Shown here piece by piece: positions 27,487 to 38,840 of a stretch of DNA of 64,000 nucleotides. Position 1 is the stretch's first letter. The number at the start of each line of letters is the position of its first letter. The stretch is from Eledone cirrhosa (lineage: Eukaryota). The translations under genes and the position numbers were made by a program. The notes under the pieces were generated by a model. The model saw only the letters and a list, made by a program, of their open reading frames with translations. It was not told the DNA's origin and searched no databases. The stretch spans positions 30,628,001 through 30,692,000 of the forward strand of contig OZ024743.1 in assembly GCA_964016885.1 (NCBI GenBank), read 5' to 3'.

Positions 27487-30467
27487 TATGTATATATATA
27501 CGTATATATATAGAAAGAGAGATGTGCATGTGCGTTTGCTTATGCATATATGTATATTGAGTGTCTGTATATGTGAGAGAGGAAGAGAAATGGAAAGAAA
27601 GCGAAAGCAAGAGAAAGAACGCTGGATCGACCCAAATATGTATATGTTTAAGGCACACTGTAACTGTAATAATCAATGAAGCTAAAACTACACCGAGTCC
27701 GTTTCTATTAAATGTTAAATATCCTTGTCATTTTAGCAAATGAAATATTTCTTTTAATTTTGACTTAGAAACGTACAACCATTTCATATGTCAACATATA
27801 TAGAGGAAATAGTTATTTTCTTTGACGCTCCAATTTGAATCACATATTATGTGTTGCGTAAAATATTGAAACTGCTAGGCTAATTCTGACAGGTTCCACA
27901 TATTTTTAAGAGCAATGTAGTGCCGTATTTTTCTGTGTTATTGTGATCTCAAGAAGAGGTATGTAGATGGAATGCTATTTACGATTGAGCTAATATGTGA
28001 AGTATAATGTTGTGGGAATGGGATTAATATACCACAGAAATATCCCTAATATGCGGACAATATTTGGATTACATATTCAAAGCACAATCATGACTATTAG
28101 ATGGACACTATTTTGTAAAGTTTCCAAATCTGTATTGTGTGAAATATATGAAAAGAACAGATATTCTTGCATTTAGCTTACTTCCTCTCTTTTAGCTGTA
28201 CGAAATTCAACGAAATTCCAAGAGCTACAATGAAAAAGTAAAGGAAATTTAAGGTTATTACCTACTAATATGAAGAATTGCAAGCAAATGTTCATATATA
28301 CTCTATTGCAATTCTGAAGTAAATAACAACATGCAGCATTGATTTAAATTCACTTGAAACATTTTCTATAATTCCTGCAGCATGGGGCGAAGAATAGTCA
28401 AAATTATTCTTCACAAGTGCTTCATATCCTCAAACGAAATCATTTGATAAAATGACGTGTGTTCACGTGGATGTTAGATGACAAATACATTCTCAAATTT
28501 TCAAATACTACAGAGTTGCTATATCACTCGGTTGGAAAATATTTTTCTATATCATAGTAAAGTTTCAACGCTGTTTCTCTTACACGGTATCTCAATTTGC
28601 TAGAAAGACAAGGCACATTGTCTTTAAAGAAGATTCTGCTTAGATAAAAGAGAAATCCCAGAGGTGTTAATGGACATGTAGGTGAATCCTCTAAAATAAT
28701 GATGGATTTGGGTATCTAAAACTCTTTTGAATATTTCTAAGTTAGATCATGCCTGACTTAATTCAAAAACGGGTAAACCAGTTATTTATATATAGATAAA
28801 CAAGTTCACATTTATTACCAATCGAGTATGATAATATCTATGCGAAATTATAAGCAAACGGCATATTTGGTATAAAAGGAAGATACCAAATTTTTGTTTT
28901 GAAATATTGTCGCCATTCCTCCTTTACTACGAAAATAGAGATGCAAATTTCTTTTTTGATTATCCACTTTCCTGTAGAAATAGCATGTTTGAAATTTAAA
29001 TGTTGTAGTATAGTGTAATTGATTATTATAAACACAACCATACATTTAAGTGGTGAACATTAAAGGCATTTTAACATTTATCTTTCATAGTGATAATATA
29101 TGTTCGGGTTTATACAATACTATTAAGAAGATTTGTCCATATTCATCGAGATGTTTATAATCATTATTAATGCATTATGACATTCATCTAATGGGAAAAC
29201 AAAGCCCGTGATTCGAAATTTGAAAGATACCTTTTTAAAGAACCTAAAGCTAACAGAAGATTGCTGAGAATAAAACTAAAAGCGAGATTAGAGTAAACAA
29301 AGGAAGCATACGCCAATGTGTAGGAAATTATATTAAATCACATGCAAATTACTGCATTAAAGATTTAAACATTAAAATATTGCATAAAATATAAATGTAG
29401 CTGAGGATTTCTATTCATTACGCTTTCACAATCATTTCATTAATGAATTGGTGGTGAAACATAAACGAAATGGGATGTTGTTTATATTGACTCAAGAATT
29501 CTAGCTTCTGATACAAAGATCTAACTACATTTCTATTAGCTTATCAGGTATAATTTATTTCTTTATTTTATATTAATATATTTCACTAATATACTTTTTC
29601 AATGATTTAAAATTACATATATACGTGTTATATATAAACGTATAGCCACAAAACACAAACACCCTCCACCCATAATTATATGTGTATATATATATAGATA
29701 TATAGATATATACACAGACACAAACACACACATACATATATATATATAATATATTTATATAGTACAAAGAAAACGAAAAATCAGTGATGCATCTGGACTC
29801 AATTTATTCCGTATTACAATTGTTTCGCCGGCAGGTAGCTCGAGACATGATCCATGTATGGATCTGGCTGATTCTACGGCTGCAGGTTCCTTCATACAGG
29901 AGTAGTTCCTTCGGAGCAAATTTTATCACTGGGGGGTTATCATACAAAAACACCCTAAAAAAAACCTCTTCCACTCTTGTCATGCCATTGGCTGTTTTTA
30001 CCCCACGTCATCTTAAGTTCTGATCAGTATTTACTGCGACATGGGTCATCAGCCATTTTCTGTCGGACACACTTCAATGGAGTCATGCTGGGTCCAGTAT
30101 CTCACACGTCTGTTCACACTCCATAGTAAGCACCCACACATACGAATATACACACACATATACACACACAGGCAGACACAGACACATGCGTTTATAAACA
30201 TACATGCGTAGACACCCCCCTCCACACACATATACATATATGTATAATTACACAAAACAAGCTCTCCCTCACTTCCACGGACCCATTCATACCCACTTCT
30301 AGATACATACCGCCACAAGCCTTTTAACGGCTGCTTAAGTCGCGCCATATATCCGGTCCGAGAAGCATGGCCTACGCAAACATACACATATACACACACA
30401 TACGCGCGCACACGTAACTACGCACAATCTTATATACATTTATATATATACACTCATACACACACAC

Positions 30468-30534
<67 letters not shown>

Positions 30535-30762
30535 GAAACACACAGATACATGCGGACACACACATATACATGAATGCATCCGCACCCAACCGTGAGTTAA
30601 GGGTGCCAACTTCACCGATGTTGCTCAATGAATGACTGGGACAGACCAATCCGGTTGAACCAGACTGAACCAGTATCAGAGTTAAAAATACATTATGAAG
30701 AGAGAAGAAACATTTAGATATAATTAGTAATAAAATGTATCATACCTAAAGTGCTCCTAGAT

Positions 30763-30852
30763 TCCCCGACTACGTAGTTTCGTGGCATAAACAAAAACAA
30801 TACATCATAAAGATATAGAGTCCTTGCGAGGTCTGCCGACTTATCAAGAGTA
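30763..30852 (-). ncRNA. Type I hammerhead ribozyme with U3-A8 core covariation
   Basis: ctc TTGATAA gtcggca ...tgccac GAAA ctacgtag TC ggg. Confidence 0.65.
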
Positions 30853-31196
30853 TATCTCATTTTACTAGTCTCAAGAACGCGTCTACACGACGTGAGAAAG
30901 AATCTCAAAAGGCGGAGGGGGAGATAGTCACGCGATATAACGGTCGAGAAACAGAGCTAAGCCTCTTATAACCCCGAAGAAAATACCACGGAGGCTGAGG
31001 GGGTATTTATATCGAAGCCGTAGAAGAGGTGGTGAAGGAGTCGAGAAGTATGAGTAATGGAAGCTTTCCAGCAGTCCCTACACTTCAAAGATTGCTCGAC
31101 CAGAGGGAGTTATTAACAATATTAATTATATATATATATTATTTTTATATGAGTCCCTAGTGTCCGCGCATTGCCTGGAGACTTAGCTGAGAATAG

Positions 31197-31278
31197 ACTC
31201 CCTGATGACGTAATCATTTCTCGATGGTTTTATTACGTAACTATCTTTATTCCATTACAGAAACTAATTAGTTGGAGT
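31197..31278 (+). ncRNA. Type I hammerhead ribozyme (copy 1)
   Basis: actcc CTGATGA c-gtaat...attac-a GAAA ctaattag TT ggagt. Confidence 0.8.
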
Positions 31279-31391
31279 GAAAATTTTAGTAAGTAAGTTA
31301 ATTTTTAATTTTTTTTTTAATTTTCTTATTTTACGTCTTTCATATTATTGTTCTGTGTCCGCGCATTGCCTGGAGACTTAGCTGAGAATAG

Positions 31392-31473
31392 ACTCCCTGA
31401 TGACGTAATGAATTCTCGAGGGTTATATTACGTAACTATCTTTATCCCATTACAGAAACTAATTAGTTGGAGT
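31392..31473 (+). ncRNA. Type I hammerhead ribozyme (copy 2)
   Basis: actcc CTGATGA c-gtaatg...cattac-a GAAA ctaattag TT ggagt. Confidence 0.82.
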
Positions 31474-31532
31474 GAAAATTTTAGTAAGTTTATTTATTTA
31501 TTTATTTTTAATTTTCTTATTTTACGTCTTTC

Positions 31533-31563
<31 letters not shown>

Positions 31564-31711
31564 TAAATATATATATACATATATATATACACGCATATAT
31601 ATATATATATACTCACACAAACATATCTATATATATATACATACACACACACATGCACACACATACATACAAAATACACATACGTACACAAAATTACATA
31701 CACACATACAT

Positions 31712-31752
<41 letters not shown>

Positions 31753-32344
31753 AAAAAACACTACATGCATACTCGCACCCACACATATACATACATAAAT
31801 TCATACAGGCATATATACATCTACATATACATACGCACACGGACCGCCACATGCAGACACCTGCACAGATGCATATTTGCTTACACACACATGTTTCCAC
31901 ATAGACATATATAAAAAAAAACGTAAATTAAAAATACATTATGTAATAAAAAACACAATATACTATAAAATAACGGTAAAATAACATAACATAAAATATA
32001 AAATATCAATATAGTATACAATATAATATATATTTATATATCTATATATACACATGTACACACATTCATGCATACATACATATACCGATATACACAATGG
32101 ATATATGATAAAATAATACAAACATAAATAATAGAAATAAAATGCATATATACTCCATATATAATCATCCGTACACATTCCTGTGAGATGTACATAAACA
32201 TATACATGTATACACAAATACACATAGACATATATAGAGGCCCACATATGCATACACTCGCACCCACACATATATATATATATACACACATACGCACCCA
32301 CATACACACACATACACATACGTAGTTATAAGTACATATGCAAA

Positions 32345-32443
<99 letters not shown>

Positions 32444-32462
32444 ATATATATATATATATATT

Positions 32463-33148
32463 TATGAACACTGACGAAACTTTCAAGTGAGTAAAGAATC
32501 ATTTGTACTCTACCAACATGCTAAAATAAGGTAAATGAGAGAACATAGAAATAAAAATAGAATCTACACACAGAAAAGACGCAATGTTTAGACAACTCAC
32601 AGAGGCAGTAAACATAAATGAATTACAACCAAAATTAAATAGAAAATGTGAGTGTAACAGCAACATCACAACTTACAATTAAGGACAAAATGAAAACACA
32701 CACGCACATAGAACAAACAACCAACCAGTAACATGTAAATAAACAAATAAATAAACCAATATAAACACACACAGACAACCGGATGTAACACATGCGCAAA
32801 CTAAGCACACAACACACACACAGAAACAAGATGGCGTAGGACAGAACAAAGGAGAGGCACACAATACAAAGAAAATAATCCCCAGTCACTGAAGAGGTCA
32901 CAGAATGTGTGACGAAAAAACTTTGACAATATATAAACAAACATCTTGTTGTGGAACCAACCAACCAACCGGAAATTTATAAATTCCTAAATTTATAAAT
33001 GTATTATAATAAATTTAAGTGAAAGCAACTGGTACGTGTGTTTCTTATTGGCAACATGACCCTCCCAGAGTATAACAATATCGGTTTCAACACACGTGTT
33101 CACATAAATAATCTTGCTAAACAAATTCAGAAACGAAATATATATATA
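32463..33148 (+). mobile_element. 5'-truncated PLE (GIY-YIG C-terminus + pLTR with HHR 32885-32927)
   Basis: Homologous to 37200-37830; gtca CTGAAGA ggtcaca..tgtgac GAAA aaactt tgac. Confidence 0.85.
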
Positions 33149-33450
33149 TAACAATAATCTGTTACCTCGAATATATATATATATTTATATATATATATAT
33201 ACTCACACTCTGCCTCATACTTACATACATGTACATGCCTGCACACACACGCGCTCATAAGCTCATGCATATACGTACACATGCCCATATACATTCCCCC
33301 ATACACAACCACGTATATATATATATCTACATTCACACACATACATATACCTACGCAGAGGTCCACACACAAAAACATCCAAATATAAACACAATAGGAT
33401 AAAAAAATAAAATAAATAAATACATTTACAATATTTTAACATCTGTACAC

Positions 33451-33526
<76 letters not shown>

Positions 33527-34142
33527 GAGAGGAAAAACGGTTGTTGGTTCCGTGTAATATAATGAAATTATATTTTACGTTTAGATATTTAAAGTGTAAT
33601 CACACCTTTAAAAAATTAATTTCTTATTTGGCAATACAATATAACATAAAATCATACTGCAACGCAATATCATATAATATCATGAACAATGTCCTCAACA
33701 TATATTTTTCCTTTCGCAAAAATTCACTCTGTGTGCTATTATAAAAGCTTAGCAATATTTATGGAAATGCCGATATTTACTTTAATAATGAGCCATTTTT
33801 ATTGTGTGGTGTAGATAGTATTGGAACATAAAAACCAACGAATACAACTGTGATGAGCAGCCATGGAGTAAAGCAGAATTCGATTATGGCAGAAAACTAC
33901 ATTTAACACGATCGTATAACATCGTGTAACAAGGAATCGTTATGAACATTTATCAACGTACAATCAATTGCAGGAAGTATAGGTTGAAATATAATATTAT
34001 ATTACTCATTATTTTATATAACAAAAGAAAGTACAATTGATATGGTAAATCAAATTTTGATGTATGGATTTACGTAAATACACACCACACAGGTACATGA
34101 ATGTGCAATTATATGTAAATATCTATATGTACACAAATATCT

Positions 34143-34181
<39 letters not shown>

Positions 34182-34182
34182 C

Positions 34183-34234
<52 letters not shown>

Positions 34235-34237
<3 letters not shown>

Positions 34238-34354
34238 AACGAGTAGGACCCCCGAGTTGGGGTCCTACTCGTTCCTATTACCCACTCTACTACCCTAAGT
34301 ATTGAGTACTTTGGGGCGTTATGGTCCACCTGGTTCCTTACCACATTTCCTCCG

Positions 34355-34357
<3 letters not shown>
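34235..34357. repeat. Short (TA)n-embedded dispersed repeat with terminal hairpin
   Basis: Same sequence (ccactctactaccctaagtattgagtactttgg..ccacatttcc) at 42917-43118, 44272-44352 and 48140-48299; variant at 36331-36450. Confidence 0.85.
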
Positions 34358-34436
<79 letters not shown>

Positions 34437-34632
34437 ACGCGTACACACATACACAAACACACAAACATATACATATATATCTATATTTGCATGCCCAAAC
34501 TTTCGCCGAAAGATTGAAAGACATACTGTGAATAAGTATGTGCATACAAGAATCAACACCTTTATGTAAAATAGTGCTCTAGGCCACAAATGAAATATTT
34601 TACAAAAATAACTTAAATCTATTTCATGACAC

Positions 34633-35390
34633 ATAATTGTTTCTACTTTTTGGCACAAGGGTAGCAAATACCCAGTGCATTACTGGTACTTCATTTTATC
34701 GACCCCATAAGTATGAAAGGCAAAGTTAACCTCGGCGTGATTTGAACTCAGACCGTAAAGGGGCGTAACTCTATGCTTTAAAGCATGGTTTCCGACTCTC
34801 TACCGATACTGCCAATCCACCGATAACACATAATTGTTTCTACTTTAGGCACAAGGCCAGCAAATACCCAGTGCATTACTGGTACTTTATTTTATCGACC
34901 CCGTAAGGATGAAAGGCAAAGTCAACCTCAATGGCCTAGAAATAGGCCTACCATCGAAAACATATAGGAGGAAATGCAAATCGAACAAGTTTGCAAATGA
35001 AAATATATCCTTCGCAGATGAGACGTGGAAGTTATTAAGGATAACATTAATAATATAATTGTTTATACTTTTGGCACAAGGCCAGCAGTCCACCAGTGCA
35101 TTACTGGTACTTCATTTTATCGACCCCGAAAGGATGAAAGGCAAGGTTAACCTCGACGGGATTTGAACTGAGACCGTAAAGGGACGTAACTTTAATAATA
35201 TAATTGTTTCTACTTTTGGCACAAGACCAGCAATTACACAGTGCATTACTGGTACTTTATTTTATCGACCCCGTAAGGAAGAAAGGCAAGGTTAACCTCG
35301 GTGGGATTTGAACTCAGAATGGAAAGGGCCGTAACTCTTTGCGTGAAAGCATGGCGTCCAACCTTCTAACGATACTGCCAATCCACTGTT
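34633..35390 (-). mobile_element. Cluster of four head-to-tail Nin-domain SINE copies
   Basis: Copies starting at about 34633, 34830, 35055 and 35200 with tRNA A/B boxes and the Nin core gcctttcatcc..ggggtcgataaaat.aagtaccag. Confidence 0.85.
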
Positions 35391-35458
35391 CGTAATCAAG
35401 GCACAAAACATGGAGATACATATTACGGATATATTATATAATGAACTTTATGTCTGAC

Positions 35459-35531
<73 letters not shown>

Positions 35532-35568
35532 GAGTGTGTGTTTGTCAATGTATATATGTATAAATCTG

Positions 35569-35599
<31 letters not shown>

Positions 35600-35649
35600 C
35601 ATTGTCTGTTGATGTCAAAGAGGTCTGTTAGTATAATTGATTAGTTATT

Positions 35650-35880
35650 TACGAGGGGTAATTGAAACGATTTGAACCTCATAAAGAAAATAAATATTTA
35701 AGCAAATATTATTTTGTCTGTTAAATCCGTGACATGTTCTGAGAGTGCTAGTCAGATTTTATATTCTAACCACTTGTCCATTTATTTTCGCAGATACTCA
35801 ATGTTGCCTGGGATGTATAAGGACATGCATGCCACATTGGGGAAGGATGTCTCGTCACATGTCATGATCAAGCGAGGCAA
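35650..35880 (+). mobile_element. Mariner-like relic
   Basis: TA-CGAGGGGTAATTGAAA terminus resembles a mariner TIR; faint HTH-like coding remnant (TLGKDVSSHVMIKR). Confidence 0.4.
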
Positions 35881-36267
35881 GAAAGGTGTGTAGTTTGTCT
35901 AGGTCTGAAAGGGCCATCAAAGACAGAACATTCGAATATAAAAGGAATATATATTTCTCGAATTACTTATTGATTTATATTCCATAGAATTACATTTCTT
36001 TGAATTACTACCTAAGCATACATTTCCTTATATTTAATATTAGTTTTAGGATAGTTGCCTCACTTTAACATGACTAATACATTTGATTATTTACAGCTAT
36101 TTATAGTTATTCTCGAAATTACCTGCCTTTCAAGAGCTCTCATATATTCTTTCCAAAAGAAATTTCATTTAATCTTTAGTAGCAACCTTTCTATTGATAA
36201 CAGGCTGTATGTGTTGGGGTGAATAACCCAACGAGACGTAAGTACCTGTATATATCATTGTTGTGAC

Positions 36268-36330
<63 letters not shown>

Positions 36331-36449
36331 AGGAAAAATGTGAGGGCCCCGACGGCTGTACTACGGCCGCTTCGATAGCTAGATCCGAAATGAGTATCGA
36401 GTACTCTGGTGCGTTATGGTCCACCTGGTTCCTTACCACAATTCCTTCG

Positions 36450-36490
<41 letters not shown>

Positions 36491-36635
36491 ATATATAATA
36501 AATGTAATCTGAGTTTTTCGAATATTAATAATAACATTTGATTCGGTTGCAATTATGCAAACAAGCCTCAATTTTATAGCCATGCCAGTAGAAGGAACAC
36601 TTCATCCTTGCTCTTATGTTGGCATGCGTACAAAA

Positions 36636-36679
36636 CTGCAGATACTAATGTTTCTGGATATCACCCTTCATCAGTACAA
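36636..36679 (-). ncRNA. Type I hammerhead ribozyme
   Basis: ttgta CTGATGA agggtgatatcca GAAA cattagta TC tgcag. Confidence 0.7.
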
Positions 36680-36861
36680 CTCACTGTTCACCTGCCAAGC
36701 TGCTGATATGCAAATCTGGCTGATCCGTGGATTAAATAATATGCAGATCTGAATGATCAGCCAGTCTGCTGATATGCAAATCAGGCTGATAAGTCACTGT
36801 GTATTTTTGAAAATAGCATACATTTTCACTAGCTCTGACATTTTGGCAGGTGAACAGTGAC

Positions 36862-36905
36862 CTATACTGATGAAGGGTGATACCCAGAAACATTAGTGTC
36901 TGCAG
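36862..36905 (+). ncRNA. Type I hammerhead ribozyme
   Basis: ctata CTGATGA a-gggt gat accc-a GAAA cattagtg TC tgcag. Confidence 0.78.
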
Positions 36906-37079
36906 TTCTGTTCGCATGCCAACATAAGAGCAAGAATGAAGTGTTCATTCTACTGACATGGTTATAAAATTGAGGTTTGTTTGCATAATTGCAAACGAAT
37001 CGAATGTTATTATTAATATTCGAAAAACTCATATTACATTTATTGTATTTAGCCATGTAGAGCGAAATTTTTCTTTTTG

Positions 37080-37832
37080 ATATATATATATATATATATT
37101 TCGTTTCTGAATTTGTTTAGCAAGATTCTTTATCTGAAATCGTGTGTTGAAACCGATATTGTTATACTTTGGGAGGGTCATGTTGCAAATAAGATAAATG
37201 AATGGATAAATGAACACTGGCGAGACCTTCAAGATAATAAAGAATCATCTGTACTCTACCAACATGCTAAGATAGAACACAAGGGTAAATTAGAGAACAT
37301 AGAAATAAAAATAGAAACTACACACAGAAAAGACGCAATGTTTAGACAAATTACAGAGGCAATAAACATAAAAGAATTACAACCAAAATTAAATAGAAAA
37401 TATGAGTGGAACAGCAACATCACAACTTACAATTAAGGACAAAATGAAAACACACACACACATAGAACAAACAACCAACCAGTAACATGTAAATAAACAA
37501 ATAAATAAATGAACATAAACACACACAGACACCCGGATGTGGCGCATGCGCAGACTGAGCACACAACACACACACAGAAACAAAATAGCGTAGGACAGAA
37601 CAAAGTAGAGGCACAGAAACAAAGAAAGGAATCCCCAGTCACTGAAGAGGTCTCAGAGTGTGTGACGAAAGAACTATGACTATATATAAACAACTATCTG
37701 GTTGTGGAAGCAACCAACCAACCAACCAGAAATTTATAAATTTATAAATTTATAAATATATAATAAATTGAAGTGAAAATTGTGGTGCGTGTGTTTCTTA
37801 TTGGCAACATGACCCTCCCAAAGTATAACAAT
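37080..37832 (+). mobile_element. 5'-truncated PLE with inverted pLTR piece at its 5' end
   Basis: INEHWRD..SVLYQHAKIEH..RQITEAINIKELQPKLNRKYEW; about 37091-37195 is the reverse complement of the family 3' end seen at 33045-33148. Confidence 0.88.
37637..37681 (+). ncRNA. Type I hammerhead ribozyme
   Basis: agtca CTGAAGA g-gtctca..tgtgac GAAA gaac TA tgact. Confidence 0.82.
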
Positions 37833-37856
37833 ATATATATATATATATATATATTT

Positions 37857-37962
<106 letters not shown>

Positions 37963-38231
37963 AAAAGTCAAACAGAATTACCAAACCAAATGAAGAATAT
38001 TATTAAATTTACCTATGGTATATTAGGAATAGTGTCACATATATCAGAATTGTACCACCTTATCACTAGTAAGATCATTATTCATTAAAATATTTGATAA
38101 TTCAGATAGTAGACTGTAGATATATGATAGAGTCGGGGCCCCATCTCTGAGCTCAAGACGTTTCAACAGGAAATTCTAGACTTGGACATTTTTCAAATAA
38201 AGCAAGCCCCCAGCCGTCGGGATCCATCTTC

Positions 38232-38337
<106 letters not shown>

Positions 38338-38743
38338 CGGCCATCTTGTTACCCATAGGCAGATCTTACATAATGCAGCCTCGACCGATGTATACTGCTT
38401 GATTATGGCTGGCAACTGATACAACCTGGACACCATAGTGAAACACCAATATATGGAACACTACATTATGTAACATTCTCCCCTTAGTTTAATTTATATT
38501 CCTTTGATGTTCCGATGATCCGCTCTCCTTTTAAATATGTTAATTATTTTCAATTGAACCAGATCAATAATGAAATATAGTCATCTGCTCCAGAAATATT
38601 ATATGGAGTAGCGAAACAATTGTAAACGGACATTATTATTATAAATATTATTATTATTATTCTCTACATTCCTTACATCAAACTAAAATATGCTGACAAT
38701 CTTTTAATAATGTCTTCCCTATGAAATGTGTAGCCTTAACTAA

Positions 38744-38779
<36 letters not shown>

Positions 38780-38840
38780 TAGGCATATATATATATACAT
38801 ATATATATATATACATATATATATATCCATATATATATAT

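Larger units (their letters stand above)
31160..31533 (+). repeat. Tandem 195-bp HHR-bearing units (retrozyme-like)
   Basis: tgtccgcgca at 31161 and 31356; each unit has a complete HHR. Confidence 0.9.
36496..37046. repeat. Inverted repeat (~200-bp arms) with an HHR in each arm
   Basis: 36496-36698 vs 36843-37046. Confidence 0.92.

Noticed and set aside
29809-29899. Minus-strand HHR (GAAAcaattgTAatacgg)
   Set aside because: 3' half is convincing but the CUGANGA core is incomplete; counted only as a relic
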